Under the pieces are notes generated by a model. It was not told the origin of the DNA. It made no database searches and was given only the letters and a program-made list of their open reading frames with translations. A program made the position numbers and the translations under genes. From Escherichia coli (GTDB lineage Bacteria; Pseudomonadota; Gammaproteobacteria; Enterobacterales; Enterobacteriaceae), in NCBI RefSeq assembly GCF_003991155.1, contig NZ_CP031293.1: 64,000 nucleotides of DNA. One strand, 5' to 3'. Positions 19,614-31,129 of this stretch are shown piece by piece (positions within the stretch are counted from its first letter, which is position 1; the number at the start of each line of letters is the position of its first letter).

Positions 19614-21991
19614 TAGATTGACTCCCCCACCTGAGCATCAGTCAATGCCTTGTGCCATATTCTGAAATTCCTGACATGACCAAATAAATGACGTAACCCG
19701 GCTGTAGTCTGGCCTCCAATACGGATAATTGCGGTGTTCTGAATATAGGACCATGTGGTTTTTGTTTCGCTGGATATACGCCCGTTACTTACTGAGCACG
19801 TAGACTGATCTGACTTTACACGCATCCCCATAACCATTTTTTCAAGCAATGCGTTTTCGTTTACCCGTCTGTTAGCTCCTCCAATATCGCAATAAGGAAA
19901 TCCGTCGTAATCTGTTGAATGACCGAAGCCAAGAATAATAGCCGCTCCGGTTTGATGACCGCCGGTATCAAAAACACGCGGTGCTGCATTTGGCGTTTTA
20001 TACCAGTTCTTATGTACCTCACAAAGAACCGTAAAAGGAAGATTATAAAGGTTATTCTTGATTGGGACTGTCACCATATCGCTTGCGCGGGTCGCTGCCG
20101 TCGTTTCTGATATAATAAAAGATGATGCGCAAGGGCCATTTTCAACCTGAGGGGTGGACAGGAAAATATAATCTCCCGATTCAACGACACCACCTTCTTT
20201 TGGTGCGTATTGTATTGCCGAGGTTATGCAGGACTCGTCAATTGCCTGAATCGTTGCCTCTGCAAAAATCCAGCCCGTAACCTCATCCTTGTTAACTCGA
20301 GCAGTGAGCCTGTCGGCAGCTACACCGGTGATTTCAACCGATAAAGACCGCGTATTAACAATGGCATATCCAAGATTAGATGAAGCGCTGCCATCGAAGG
20401 CTTCAAACCTGATCCTTAACCGGAGTTCCAAATCCGTTTTAAATCTGCACGATGTCGTCACACACTTATTATCGCCTGATACATCGACAGCCCCGGTTAC
20501 TGTAACTGACGCCATGTTAACAGGAGAGGTTTTCCCAATCAGAGAATCGTTACAGACAAATTTTCCATAAGTAAAACCAAAACTATCCGTCCCGGTTTCG
20601 GGCACATCCATATTTACCGACTTGCCCCAACTGGCAGGGGTTTCCGAATTGAGCATGTAGTTCGTTCTCTGACCCTCAATAAGCAGGCCATCACGTTCAA
20701 ATCGTGGCTCGTCAATGGCAGCCTCTGTCAGCACACCAGATTTATTAATATAGGTTGCTTTCGATGCGCGTTTAAACTTTACAACCTTATCGCCAGGCAT
20801 CGTTATTTCATCATCACCAATAACAATCTTTTTATATGATGGCGAAAACCCCGTAATCATATCCAGTGAATCGTTAAACGGTATCCACACATCAGGCAGT
20901 GGCTGTAAGACATATTTATACGGCTCTGCTGCCTGACTTGCATACTCTCTGGCTGCGTCTTCACTTGCTTTTGCAGCGGTCTGGCTTGCAGCGGATGCTT
21001 TCGCCGAGTTCGCCGCTGCAGTCTCGCTTGTCTTTGCATTGGTTTCACTGGTTTTTGCTGCTTTTTGACTGTTGGCTGATGCAGTGGCAGAAGCAGCCGC
21101 CGCACTTGCAGAACCAGCTGCGGCACTCTCGCTTTGGGCTGCTGCATCCTGACTGTTTTTCGCCGCAGTTTCGCTGGCTTTAGCATTCGTTTCGCTGGTC
21201 TTCGCTGCCGTCTGGCTGGACTTTGCGTTGGTTTCGCTCGTCTTCGCTGCTTTCTGACTGTTAGCCGCAGCAGTTGCTGATCCAGCTGCTGAAGTCGCAG
21301 AACCGGCTGCTGCGCTCTCGCTTTCAGCTGCTGCAGCCTGGCTGTTTTTCGCCGCAGTTTCACTGGCTTTAGCATTCGTTTCGCTGGTCTTCGCTGCCGT
21401 CTGGCTTGACTTTGCGTTGGTTTCGCTCGTCTTTGCTGCTGTCTCGCTATTTTTCGCGTTGGTTTCTGATTTTTTGGCTGCTGTCGCGGAATTTGCCGAT
21501 GCAGTCTGTGAGGTCGCTGCCGCCTGTGCGCTGTTAGCTGCATTCGTTTCTGAGGTTTTCGCCGCGTTCTTCGATGATGCCGCTGCAGTTTCGGATTTCT
21601 TTGCCGCCGCTGCGCTCTGAGAGGCGGCTTCGGCGTTGCGTGCCACTTCTTCCACCATTGCCTCAAAACGACGCAATGCCTCCGGCATGACATCATCTTC
21701 CGTCATGGCACCGAGAAAATCATTCAGCGTACCTGGTCTGGAGCCTTCATAGACGGTAATGGTCCCAGCATGTGAAGGCGGAAAACCTTCAACCAGCAGG
21801 GTGACGCTGTACTGGCCATACTCAACATCCATGCTGTAACGTCCGGCTTCATCCGGATTTTCAGAAGCCACCGTGTTCACCAGTACCGTGGTGCTGTTAC
21901 GCTTTGCCTTCAGTTGAATAGTGCAGTTCTGTATTGGTTTTCCCGCACCATCTTTCAGCACACCTGAGATTTTTACTGCTGCCATATCCAC
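19613..21991 (-). CDS. stf: Side tail fibre protein Stf: lambda/Rac-type N-terminus, Ser/Thr/Ala repeat array, divergent C-terminal domain
   Basis: 792-aa ORF ...AAVKISGVLKDGAGKPIQNCTIQLKAKRNSTTV...; repeated KTSETNAKxSxTAAK units. Confidence 0.85.
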   Translation of the reverse strand: MDMAAVKISGVLKDGAGKPIQNCTIQLKAKRNSTTVLVNTVASENPDEAGRYSMDVEYGQYSVTLLVEGFPPSHAGTITVYEGSRPGTLNDFLGAMTEDDVMPEALRRFEAMVEEVARNAEAASQSAAAAKKSETAAASSKNAAKTSETNAANSAQAAATSQTASANSATAAKKSETNAKNSETAAKTSETNAKSSQTAAKTSETNAKASETAAKNSQAAAAESESAAAGSATSAAGSATAAANSQKAAKTSETNAKSSQTAAKTSETNAKASETAAKNSQDAAAQSESAAAGSASAAAASATASANSQKAAKTSETNAKTSETAAANSAKASAASQTAAKASEDAAREYASQAAEPYKYVLQPLPDVWIPFNDSLDMITGFSPSYKKIVIGDDEITMPGDKVVKFKRASKATYINKSGVLTEAAIDEPRFERDGLLIEGQRTNYMLNSETPASWGKSVNMDVPETGTDSFGFTYGKFVCNDSLIGKTSPVNMASVTVTGAVDVSGDNKCVTTSCRFKTDLELRLRIRFEAFDGSASSNLGYAIVNTRSLSVEITGVAADRLTARVNKDEVTGWIFAEATIQAIDESCITSAIQYAPKEGGVVESGDYIFLSTPQVENGPCASSFIISETTAATRASDMVTVPIKNNLYNLPFTVLCEVHKNWYKTPNAAPRVFDTGGHQTGAAIILGFGHSTDYDGFPYCDIGGANRRVNENALLEKMVMGMRVKSDQSTCSVSNGRISSETKTTWSYIQNTAIIRIGGQTTAGLRHLFGHVRNFRIWHKALTDAQVGESI

Positions 21992-22049
21992 TCCACAAAA
22001 AAGCCCGCCTGAACCGGCGGGCTGTCATAACACTGTGTTACCTGGCTAA

Positions 22050-22649
22050 TCAGAATTTATAACCGACACCCACGATGAAACCGTCAGTGCGCCAGTCGCC
22101 ACTGCCGGAGCCTTCATAAGCAATATCAATGGCCACGGATTCGGTCGGGTTAAACTGCACGCCAGCTCCCCACGCCAGAGACGTGTTGCTGTGGCGATCG
22201 TCATCACTTCCGGTCAGCACATCGTGCGTTTTCCCCTTGTTGTCAGTTACGCGGAGATAATCCCCGGAGAACGTCGAAACACGGCTGTAAGCCACACCTG
22301 CCATCGCATAAGCACTGAACCATTCATTCACGCGTACAGATGGCCCCGCCATCATGCTGAACCAGCGGTTACGCACTGAATCTTCATGCCAGCGGGTATC
22401 GCTGTAATGCGTTTTTTGCTCATCTTTGGCATTGGCATAACTGAATGACGTCACCAGCCCCAGCGTGTCCGTAAATTCATAACGGTATTTCACGTTAATG
22501 CCCTTCAGGTCATCACTGCCTGGCATATCAGTATGGGTCTGAAGATACCCGGCGCTTAGTGTGGACTGATGCTCTGCTGCGCTCGCTGGCGTACCAGCGG
22601 CAACCAGCCAGACTACTGCGGACAGAATAACAGCACATAATTTACGCAT
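22050..22649 (-). CDS. lom: Lom outer-membrane protein (Ail/Lom family)
   Basis: Start MRKLCAVILSAVVWLVAAGTPASA; C-terminus ...DGFIVGVGYKF. Confidence 0.9.
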   Translation of the reverse strand: MRKLCAVILSAVVWLVAAGTPASAAEHQSTLSAGYLQTHTDMPGSDDLKGINVKYRYEFTDTLGLVTSFSYANAKDEQKTHYSDTRWHEDSVRNRWFSMMAGPSVRVNEWFSAYAMAGVAYSRVSTFSGDYLRVTDNKGKTHDVLTGSDDDRHSNTSLAWGAGVQFNPTESVAIDIAYEGSGSGDWRTDGFIVGVGYKF

Positions 22650-22716
22650 AATTACCTCTCGCTTTTCTGCAATAAAAAAGGCGTCATTTCTGACGCCCAT
22701 ATTGGGGTTATAAAAT

Positions 22717-25700
22717 TCAGCTGATACTGATGCCTGCGGTGGCTTTCTTCATCACCACAACCAGCAAATCGCTGATACTTGCTGTGGGATACCAGCCATT
22801 TACCAGCCATGCCGATACAGAAAATTCCAGTGTCATGACACCACTGCCTGCAGGCATATCAATAACACCCGTATATATCAGCGTATTATCCAGAGCCGTT
22901 CGGTTATAAATTTCAGCACCGTTTTTTCGTACTATCAGACGGCATGAGGAGTAGATATCAGTATGATCTTGCTCATGTTTAGCGCCACTGAATGCCACCG
23001 CCGGGATAACAATTTGCCGGTCAAACGGCTGATCGTCATAAACCCTGACGGTAATGGTTCCTGATGGCCACCGCTCCGGTGCACGGGAGTCCCGGGGGAA
23101 AGCTTTGCCCACCGTTTTAACAATATCGCCTTCAATCTGGTTGGCTGACAGTTTTCCCAGAATCCGGCAGTTCTGATTAATCGTGACATTGTTGAGCGTC
23201 CCGGAGTTCGCATTCACGTTACCGCTGATATCGGCATTTTTCGCCGTCAGCCGCCCGTCCGGTGTCAGGGAAAATGCCGGAGGATTACCGCCGCTGGTAA
23301 TGGTGGGAGCCGTCAGGTATTTCAGGAACACTTCGTTCATGAATATCTGATCGCCCTGACCAACAAACATCGGCTTTGTGTTGCCATTCGCAGGATTAAT
23401 CATCGCAATCCTGTCTGCCGCCAGCAGCACCTGACTCTGCATGCCGTCAGGGGTGTTTTCAATACCGGCACCAATACCCGCGATATAAAGGCGTCCGTCC
23501 TGCATCTGCTGCAGCTTCACAGCCCACATGCTGTTCAGGTTATTATTTGTATCAACCTGAACCTTCTGTATCTGCTGGATCGCTGCACTCTGGTCTTCCA
23601 GTTTCTTATTGACGGTCTGCGTGATTTCATTACTGACATCCGTGATGGACGTTCTGATTTCCGCCAGGTCAGGCGCAAGCTGACCGTTATCAATCTGCGT
23701 CCACAACTCCTGAGCCAGATGGGTTTTCCCTATCTCTCCTTTGAAAAAATCCAGATAGCCGGATGCATCATCACTCGGCTGGCCAACAGCCTCCACGAAT
23801 GCCGATTTGCCAACGGTGTTCACACTGCGGATGTAAAAATAATAATCATGGCCCGGCCTGATATTGATACTGGCAGCTATCCAGTACAGCGCCGTGCCAA
23901 GATAGCGCGCTGTGGTTTCAACCTGTCTGATATCCGCAATCCGCTTTTCCGAGAACCAGAACTCAAACTGTACCGTCGGGTCATAAACGGCAAGATGCGG
24001 CGTGGCGGTGATCTGAAAATAGCCCGGCGTCAGCTCAATCTGTGACGGCGCTGCCGGTGCGGCAATCCGGAACGATACCGATGCAGGATCGCCCTGCTGT
24101 CCCCACGCATTTACCGCCCGGACTGTCAGCCTGTAGTTCCCCAGCGCCAGTTGCGTGAAGCGGTATGTGGTTTCCGCCGTCCGGGCCGTGCTGACCAGCC
24201 GCTCACTGCCGTCATCCGCTGCCACGGTCAGGCGAAGCATGAAACTCACGCCCTTCACCACCTTCGGCGTGTCCCAGCGGGCCAGTACCTGATACTCCCC
24301 GCTGTCTGCGGTGACTTCGGCAGTCAGGTGCTGCACCGCTGGCGGCGTGACACCATTCACCGTGCCGCTCTGGTCGCCGTCAAAGTGCGCCCCGTTATCC
24401 ACGATGGCTTCTTTTTCCGGTACATGCTGCACGGCGGTGATGGCATACGTGCCGTCGTCGTTCTCACGGATACTCACGCAGCGGAACAGGCGCTGGCGCA
24501 GCGTCGGCAGCTTCAGCCCCCACACGCTGTATTCGGCTATCCCGTCAGGAAACCGGCTCACTTTCACCTTCACGCCGTCGGTGACGGACTGGACTTCCAC
24601 GCTGACCGGATTGCCCTGCCCGTCAACCAGGCTTATCAGCGTGGTACCGGAGGATGGCAGCGTGATTTCACGGTCGAGCGTCAGCGTCCGGGTCTGGCTG
24701 TTCACCGCCAGCACGCGCCCGCCAATGCTGATCCCCGCATAGTCATCATCGCAGATTTCAATAACATCACCCGGTACATGGCGAAGCCCTTCTGCGCCGA
24801 CGCTGAAATCCACGGTCTGCGTTTCCAGCAGTTCTGTTTTAATCAGCCACAGCCCGGCGCGGTGTGCCTGCCCCCGGCTGGTACAGCCAAAGGCATCCAT
24901 CTTCGTGACGTTACGACCGTAACGGGCAATGGCCTGCGTGTCCTCCACAAGCTCTGTCGCCGTCTCCCAGCCGTTATTCGGGTCAATCCAGTTCACCTCA
25001 ACGGCATTATGACGGTCCTTCAGGGCGCTGAAGCTGTAGCGGAACGGCGCGCCATCATCCGGCATCACCACATTACTACGGTTATAGGTCCACACCTTAT
25101 CCGATGGCCGGTCCTGCACGAACGTCAGCGTCTGCCCGTTCCATACCGGCATACAGCGCATCGCCGAGCAGAAATCACTGAGCACATCCCACGCCTTGCG
25201 CTGCGTGGTCAGCCAGGCATTACAGGTGATGCGCGGCTCCGTGCCACCAAAGCCATCCGGCACCGACTGGTCGCAATTCTGGCCGATGACATACAGCGCC
25301 CATTTGTCCACATCCGCCGCACCGAGACGCTTCCCCATGCCGTAGCGCGGATGGGTCAGCATATCCCACAGACACCAGGCCATGTTGTTGCTGTATGCCG
25401 GTTTAAACGTCCCGTCCCAGATACCGCTGTATTGCCGCGTCTGCGGGTTATAGTTCGACGGCACCTGCAGAATACGCCCGCGCAGATGATAATTACGGCT
25501 CACCTGCTGGCTGCCGAACTGCTCCGAGTCCACCTGCACGCCGACCAGTGCCGTGTTCGGGTAGCACTGTTTCACATCGATGATTTCGGTGTATGACGAC
25601 CAGAGCGTTTTGTTCTGCAGCTGGTCTGTGGTGCTGTCCGGCGTCATCCTGCGCATCCGGATATTAAACGGGCGCGGCGGCAGGTTATCCACCACCACTG

Positions 25701-26196
25701 AGGCCAGATACTGCGAGGTGGTTTTACCCTTAATGGTGATGTCTTTTTCCGTCACCCAGCCACCGTTACGTTGTATCTGAACCAGCAGGCGGACTTCCGA
25801 TGGATTCCTGTCCCCCTTTGAGGTGGTTTCCACCAGTGCCTGCACACCGAAGGTAAAGCGCAGACGGTCGATGTTTGCCGACGTGATGGTGCGGGTGATC
25901 GGCGTGTCATATTTCACTTCCGTACCCAGCACCGTCTCGGAACCGGAGGATTCAAATCCCTCCGGCGGAGTCTGCTCCTGCTCACCGGCCCGGAACACCA
26001 CCGTGACGCCGGATATATTGGTATTCCCCTCACTGTCCAGCACCGGCGTACTGTTCAGCAGCACGCTTTTTAATCCATCCACCGGACCTTCAACCGGCCC
26101 TTCGCTGATGGCATCGATCACACTCAGCAGCTGCGTGGACTTCAGGTTGTCCTTCGCTTCGCGCGGGGTATGCCCCTTACTGCTGCCTTTACCCAT
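22717..26196 (-). CDS. J: Tail tip host-specificity protein J
   Basis: 1159-aa [29 protein letters not shown]...; position after I. Confidence 0.9.
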   Translation of the reverse strand: MGKGSSKGHTPREAKDNLKSTQLLSVIDAISEGPVEGPVDGLKSVLLNSTPVLDSEGNTNISGVTVVFRAGEQEQTPPEGFESSGSETVLGTEVKYDTPITRTITSANIDRLRFTFGVQALVETTSKGDRNPSEVRLLVQIQRNGGWVTEKDITIKGKTTSQYLASVVVDNLPPRPFNIRMRRMTPDSTTDQLQNKTLWSSYTEIIDVKQCYPNTALVGVQVDSEQFGSQQVSRNYHLRGRILQVPSNYNPQTRQYSGIWDGTFKPAYSNNMAWCLWDMLTHPRYGMGKRLGAADVDKWALYVIGQNCDQSVPDGFGGTEPRITCNAWLTTQRKAWDVLSDFCSAMRCMPVWNGQTLTFVQDRPSDKVWTYNRSNVVMPDDGAPFRYSFSALKDRHNAVEVNWIDPNNGWETATELVEDTQAIARYGRNVTKMDAFGCTSRGQAHRAGLWLIKTELLETQTVDFSVGAEGLRHVPGDVIEICDDDYAGISIGGRVLAVNSQTRTLTLDREITLPSSGTTLISLVDGQGNPVSVEVQSVTDGVKVKVSRFPDGIAEYSVWGLKLPTLRQRLFRCVSIRENDDGTYAITAVQHVPEKEAIVDNGAHFDGDQSGTVNGVTPPAVQHLTAEVTADSGEYQVLARWDTPKVVKGVSFMLRLTVAADDGSERLVSTARTAETTYRFTQLALGNYRLTVRAVNAWGQQGDPASVSFRIAAPAAPSQIELTPGYFQITATPHLAVYDPTVQFEFWFSEKRIADIRQVETTARYLGTALYWIAASINIRPGHDYYFYIRSVNTVGKSAFVEAVGQPSDDASGYLDFFKGEIGKTHLAQELWTQIDNGQLAPDLAEIRTSITDVSNEITQTVNKKLEDQSAAIQQIQKVQVDTNNNLNSMWAVKLQQMQDGRLYIAGIGAGIENTPDGMQSQVLLAADRIAMINPANGNTKPMFVGQGDQIFMNEVFLKYLTAPTITSGGNPPAFSLTPDGRLTAKNADISGNVNANSGTLNNVTINQNCRILGKLSANQIEGDIVKTVGKAFPRDSRAPERWPSGTITVRVYDDQPFDRQIVIPAVAFSGAKHEQDHTDIYSSCRLIVRKNGAEIYNRTALDNTLIYTGVIDMPAGSGVMTLEFSVSAWLVNGWYPTASISDLLVVVMKKATAGISIS

Positions 26197-26256
26197 TCGT
26201 CATGCTCCATAAACGATAAAACCGCCCGGAGGCGGTTTCACATAAAACGTTTTTCA

Positions 26257-26898
26257 TCAGCGACCAATCACCACAACCTGACCACCATCACCTTCATCTG
26301 CTGTGCTGATCTCCTGAGATACCACACGTGATCCCACGCGCATTTCACCGTACAGAACGGGCAGAACATTGCCCTGGGCAACCATATTATCCAGTGAAGA
26401 AAAATAGGTGTTCTGTTTGCCGTTATCCGTTGTCTGTGTGCGGGGGGTTTTGGGTTTAGGGGCCAGCATCTGTGCAACACCGCCAAGCGTCATACTGGCA
26501 CCGAGAGAAAACAGCAGATTACTCGCCATAATTCCTACCCCCGGCATCCATATAGCAACCGCCATAACAGCCGCCCCCAGCACAGCCTGAAACACACCGC
26601 CACTTTTGGCTCCTGCCAGACGCGGCACGATATGGATCACAGCACCATTTGCCAGCGGTTCATTAAGACGGGCTGATAATTCCGTTTCACCTGTATCACG
26701 CCCGGCAATCCGTACCTGATACCAGCCGTCGCTCAGTTTCTGACGAAACGCCGGGAGCTGTGTGGCCAGCGCCCGGATGGCTTCAGCCCCCGTTTTCACA
26801 CGAAGGTCGATGCGGCGACCAAATCGTTGTAAATCCCCGTAAAGGCAGATGCGCGCCATGCCCGGTGACGCCAGAGGGAGTGTGTGCGTCGCTGCCAT
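26257..26898 (-). CDS. I: Tail assembly protein I
   Basis: 213-aa ORF MAATHTLPLASPGMARICLYGDLQRFGRR...; overlaps K 3' end as in lambda. Confidence 0.85.
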   Translation of the reverse strand: MAATHTLPLASPGMARICLYGDLQRFGRRIDLRVKTGAEAIRALATQLPAFRQKLSDGWYQVRIAGRDTGETELSARLNEPLANGAVIHIVPRLAGAKSGGVFQAVLGAAVMAVAIWMPGVGIMASNLLFSLGASMTLGGVAQMLAPKPKTPRTQTTDNGKQNTYFSSLDNMVAQGNVLPVLYGEMRVGSRVVSQEISTADEGDGGQVVVIGR

Positions 26899-27539
26899 TT
26901 GTCGGTATACCTCTCTCGTTTGCTCAGTTGTTCAGGAATATGGTGCAGCAGCTCGCCATCACCACAGTAAATGGCGGCATGATTCGGCACCGATGAACCA
27001 AAACAGCACAGCAGCACATCGCCCGGTTGTGCTGATGACAACGGCACCTGATACAGCCCTGTGGCCTCCAGATTATCCAGATAGAGATTCTGACCGTGAC
27101 GCCACCAGTCATCCTCGCGATGAAAATCCGGCATCTCAATCCCCGCCAGATGATAAGCATCCCGGAACAGCGTGTAACAGTCCGTCACCCCGTGCTCAAA
27201 GCGCCGCCCGGTGAGATGCGGCACACAGCGGAACTTATGAATCGCCCCCCGGCAGACCAGCAACCACGGCAAATCACTCTGCACCTGCAGCCGCCGGTCA
27301 GCCTCACTCAGCCAGGGCAGACCACCGGGGTGGCTGTGGACCAGCGCCACAATCTCACCCTGCATTTCTGCCTGCAGCCAGTCCTCCGGAGCCATCCGGA
27401 AATAATCCTCCGGCTCACCGGAGATATTCACGCAGGGGAAATATCTTTCCCCCTCCGGCGTGCTTACCACGAAGCCGCACGACTCCGCTGGCGCACATCG
27501 CCGGGCGTGCGCCAGAATCGCTGATTCTGTCTCTGTCAT
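26796..27539 (-). CDS. K: Tail tip assembly protein K (JAB/MPN plus NlpC/P60)
   Basis: Start MTETESAILAHARRCAPAESCGFV...; HSHP motif. Confidence 0.85.
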   Translation of the reverse strand: MTETESAILAHARRCAPAESCGFVVSTPEGERYFPCVNISGEPEDYFRMAPEDWLQAEMQGEIVALVHSHPGGLPWLSEADRRLQVQSDLPWLLVCRGAIHKFRCVPHLTGRRFEHGVTDCYTLFRDAYHLAGIEMPDFHREDDWWRHGQNLYLDNLEATGLYQVPLSSAQPGDVLLCCFGSSVPNHAAIYCGDGELLHHIPEQLSKRERYTDKWQRRTHSLWRHRAWRASAFTGIYNDLVAASTFV

Positions 27540-27543
27540 GGGA

Positions 27544-28242
27544 TTACTGCGAAAGTTTGTTAATGGAAAGGAAGCCGCCAAAGTTGCCGACGTTATTGCG
27601 GAACTTACAACCGCTCAGGCATTTGCTGCATTTATCCTTCGTGATATCGGACGTTGGCTGGTCATATTCATCCGCGACCGCCGGACCGTGATAACCGCAC
27701 TCATCGCCGCGATAGGTCCAGGTGCAGGTGTTGGCCAGCATGATACGTCCCGGAAAAACAGCGCCGTCCGTTTCCGTCGGCGTGGACAGTACAAAGGAGG
27801 CACTGACCGCGCTCAGTTCGCTGCACTGCTCAATGCGCCAGCGGCTGATCACCTCCTGCTCCGAATCGGCGTCTCTGTTTCCGTTGACGAAGTTCACCGC
27901 ATCCAGAAAACGGGCGTAAACCTTACGCCTGACCACCGTTCCGCCGACCAGACTCTGCAGATCTTCCGCCATCCCGGTGACCATGCCGTACAGGTTAGAA
28001 ACCGTCAGCGTGGGGCGCGTACTGGTGCCTTTGCCATTCAGTTCAAAACCACTCCCCTGAATGGGATACGCCTGATACTGCCGCCCCTGCCAGGTGACCG
28101 GCTCACCTTTTTCGTTCTGCTCATTACAGAAAAAATAACGTTCTCCACCAACCTCTGTCAGATCGATTTCCCAGAGCACCACGCTGGCCGACTGCTCCGC
28201 ACGGGTGCATTCATTCAGTGTTTCCTGCCGGATATCCTGCAT
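27544..28242 (-). CDS. L: Minor tail protein L
   Basis: 232-aa ORF MQDIRQETLNECTRAEQSASVVLWEIDL... Confidence 0.9.
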   Translation of the reverse strand: MQDIRQETLNECTRAEQSASVVLWEIDLTEVGGERYFFCNEQNEKGEPVTWQGRQYQAYPIQGSGFELNGKGTSTRPTLTVSNLYGMVTGMAEDLQSLVGGTVVRRKVYARFLDAVNFVNGNRDADSEQEVISRWRIEQCSELSAVSASFVLSTPTETDGAVFPGRIMLANTCTWTYRGDECGYHGPAVADEYDQPTSDITKDKCSKCLSGCKFRNNVGNFGGFLSINKLSQ

Positions 28243-28571
28243 CAGTTCACCACCTGTTTAAACTCTGCGCTGAACTCAACACGCAACATACTGACCTGCG
28301 ACGACCATTTTGCGCAGGTCACCTTTATCTGCCTGTAACCATAAGGCGGCGTCCACAGAAAGGCCTTCCAGCCCCCGTGCTCAGCCAGAAACGACTCCAG
28401 CGCCGTGGCCTCCTCACGGGAGACAGACAGCGTCACGCTGTACGTTTTCAGGTCAGCGTTCAGCCCGGCAGGCGCACGCTGGGAATAGCCATCACCAAAG
28501 CGCACCTCCCTGACGGAAGGAGCCGATGTCACATCCATACCGGGTTTCACTTTCCAGCGGAAGGTCTTCAT
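28242..28571 (-). CDS. M: Minor tail protein M
   Basis: 109-aa ORF MKTFRWKVKPGMDVTSAPSVREV... Confidence 0.9.
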   Translation of the reverse strand: MKTFRWKVKPGMDVTSAPSVREVRFGDGYSQRAPAGLNADLKTYSVTLSVSREEATALESFLAEHGGWKAFLWTPPYGYRQIKVTCAKWSSQVSMLRVEFSAEFKQVVN

Positions 28572-31129
28572 CGTCCACCTCCGGAGAACAGGCCACCATC
28601 ACGCATCTGTGTCTGAATTTCATCACGGGCACCCTTGCGGGCCATGTCATACACCGCCTTCAGAGCGGCCGGACCTATCTGCCCGTTCGTGCCGTCGTTG
28701 TTAATCACCACATGGTTATTCTGCTCAAACGTCCCGGACGCCTGCGACCGGCTGTCTGCCATGCTGCCCGGTGTACCGACATAACCGCCGGTGGCATAGC
28801 CGCGCATCAGCCGGTAAAGATTCCCCACGCCAATCCGGCTGGTTGCCTCCTTCGTGAAGACAAACTCACCACGGTGAACAATCCCCGCTGGCTCATATTT
28901 GCCGCCGGTTCCCGTAAATCCTCCGGTTGCAAAATGGAATTTCGCCGCAGCGGCCTGAATGGCTGTACCGCCTGACGCGGATGCGCCGCCACCAACAGCC
29001 CCGCCAATGGCGCTGCCGATACTCCCGACAATCCCCACCATTGCCTGCTTAAGCAGAATTTCTGTCATCATGGACAGCACGGAACGGGTGAAGCTGCGCC
29101 AGTTCTGCTCACTGCCGGTCAGCATCGCCGCCATATTCTGTGCAATACCATCAAAGGTCTGCGTGGCTGCACTTTTTACCTGCGACATACTGTCCGTGGC
29201 GCTCTCTTCCCACTCACTCCAGCCGGACTTCAGGCCTGCCATCCAGTTCCCGCGAAGCTGGTCTTCAGCCGCCCAGGTCTTTTTCTGCTCTGACATGACG
29301 TTATTCAGCGCCAGCGGATTATCGCCATACTGTTCCTTCAGGCGCTGTTCCGTGGCTTCCCGTTCTGCCTGCCGGTCAGTCAGCCCCCGGCTTTTCGCAT
29401 CAATGGCGGCCCGTTTTGCCCGTTGCTGCTGTGCGAATTTATCCGCCTGCTGCGCCAGCGCGTTCAGGCGCTCCTGATACGTAACCTTGTCGCCAAGCGC
29501 AGCCAGCTGGCGTTTGTACTCCAGCGTCTCATCTTTATGCGCCAGCAGGGATTTCTCCTGTGCAGACAGCTGGCGACGTTGCGCCGCCTCCTCCAGTACC
29601 GCGAACTGACTCTCCGCCTTCCACAAATCCCGGCGCTGCTGGCTGATTTTCTCATTTGCTCCGGCATGCTTCTCCAGCGTCCGGAGTTCTGCCTGAAGCG
29701 TCAGCAGAGCAGCATGAGCACTGTCTTCCTGACGATCGCCCGCAGACACCTTCACGCCGGACTGTTTCGGCTTTTTCAGCGTCGCTTCATAATCCTTTTT
29801 CGCCGCCGCCATCAGCGTGTTGTAATCCGCCTGCAGGATTTTCCCGTCTTTCAGTGCCTTGTTCAGTTCTTCCTGACGGGCGGTATATTTCTCCAGCGGC
29901 GTCTGCAGCCGTTCGTAAGCCTTCTGCGCCTCTTCGGTATATTTCAGCCGTGACGCTTCGGTATCGCTCTGCTGCTGCGCATTTTTGTCCTGTTGAGTCT
30001 GCTGCTCAGCCTTCTTTCGGGCGGCTTCAAGCGCAAGACGGGCCTTTTCACGGTCATCCCAGTAACGCGCCCGCGCTTCATCGTTAACAAAATAATCATC
30101 CTTGCGCAGATTCCAGATGTCGTCTGCTTTCTTAAACGCAGCCTCTGCCTTAATCAGCATCTCCTGCGCGGTATCAGGACGACCAATATCCAGCACCGCA
30201 TCCCACATGGATTTGAATGCCCGCGCAGTCCTGTCTGCCCAGGTCTCCAGCGTGCCCATGTTCTCTTTCAGGCGGCGGGTCTGGTCATCAAACCCTTTCG
30301 TTGCGGCCTCGTTCGCCGCCTGCAATGCCCCGGCTTCATCGCCGGAACGCTGCAACTGAGCAACATACGCAATCTGCTCCGCCGTCACGTTATGGAACTG
30401 GCGTGCCATCGCCGTCAGCCCCGACGTCGGGTCTGTGGTCAGCTTCCCGAAGGCTTCAGCGACCTTGTCCACCTCCACGCTGGATGCAGAGGAGAAACGC
30501 GCCACACTCTGGCTGATGGACGCAATCTGAGCCTCACCGCTTACCCCCGCCTTAACCAGTGCGCTGAGTGACTCGCTGGTCTGGTCAAACGTCAGCCCTG
30601 CCGCCTGCCCGGCTCTGGACAGGACCAGCATGCGATCTGCCGTCAGCCCCGACTGATTGCCGGAAAGGACCAGCGTTTTGTTGAAATCGGACAGGGTTGA
30701 GTTGCCCTGATACCAGGCATACGCCAGCGCACCGGTCGCCACCGCCAGCGAGGTGGCCCCGACCATCGGCAGGGTGAGCGCACCGGCAAGCCCCCTGAAC
30801 ATGGGGATCATCCCGCCGAAGGAGTCCTTCACCTGACCACCCTGTTGCAGCAGGATCAGCCACGGACTTTGCCCGCCTGCAAGCTGCGTGGCCACGTCAG
30901 TGAACTGCGCAGGCAGCATACGCATGGCAGCTTTATACTGCCCAACGGAAATCCCCGCTTTCTGTGCAGCCAGCGCCTGTCGGCTCAGCGACTGTTCAAC
31001 GACTGCCGCTGTTTTTTTCGCATCACTTTCCGTACCGGAAAAATGACGCCTGACTCTGGCCATCTGCTCGTCAAATCTGGCCGCATCCAGACTCAAATCA
31101 ACGACCAGATCGCCTACCGGTTCAGCCAT
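28568..31129 (-). CDS. H: Tail tape measure protein H
   Basis: 853-aa ORF MAEPVGDLVVDLSLDAARFDEQMARV...; long coiled coils. Confidence 0.9.
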   Translation of the reverse strand: MAEPVGDLVVDLSLDAARFDEQMARVRRHFSGTESDAKKTAAVVEQSLSRQALAAQKAGISVGQYKAAMRMLPAQFTDVATQLAGGQSPWLILLQQGGQVKDSFGGMIPMFRGLAGALTLPMVGATSLAVATGALAYAWYQGNSTLSDFNKTLVLSGNQSGLTADRMLVLSRAGQAAGLTFDQTSESLSALVKAGVSGEAQIASISQSVARFSSASSVEVDKVAEAFGKLTTDPTSGLTAMARQFHNVTAEQIAYVAQLQRSGDEAGALQAANEAATKGFDDQTRRLKENMGTLETWADRTARAFKSMWDAVLDIGRPDTAQEMLIKAEAAFKKADDIWNLRKDDYFVNDEARARYWDDREKARLALEAARKKAEQQTQQDKNAQQQSDTEASRLKYTEEAQKAYERLQTPLEKYTARQEELNKALKDGKILQADYNTLMAAAKKDYEATLKKPKQSGVKVSAGDRQEDSAHAALLTLQAELRTLEKHAGANEKISQQRRDLWKAESQFAVLEEAAQRRQLSAQEKSLLAHKDETLEYKRQLAALGDKVTYQERLNALAQQADKFAQQQRAKRAAIDAKSRGLTDRQAEREATEQRLKEQYGDNPLALNNVMSEQKKTWAAEDQLRGNWMAGLKSGWSEWEESATDSMSQVKSAATQTFDGIAQNMAAMLTGSEQNWRSFTRSVLSMMTEILLKQAMVGIVGSIGSAIGGAVGGGASASGGTAIQAAAAKFHFATGGFTGTGGKYEPAGIVHRGEFVFTKEATSRIGVGNLYRLMRGYATGGYVGTPGSMADSRSQASGTFEQNNHVVINNDGTNGQIGPAALKAVYDMARKGARDEIQTQMRDGGLFSGGGR

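Noticed and set aside
20857-21696. 279-aa Arg/Gln/Lys-rich ORF and its plus-strand counterparts in the stf repeat region
   Set aside because: Alternative-frame artefacts of the stf tandem-repeat tract; the repeat is protein-coding (Ser/Thr/Ala-rich fibre shaft). It is not a CRISPR array: there are no spacers of unique sequence between constant repeats.
24151-25596. 481-aa plus-strand ORF
   Set aside because: Lies entirely antisense to gene J; His/Arg/Pro-rich translation typical of a GC-rich antisense frame.
28959-30571. Several plus-strand ORFs (172-192 aa)
   Set aside because: Antisense to the tape-measure gene H; repetitive Ala/Arg/Ser-rich translations.
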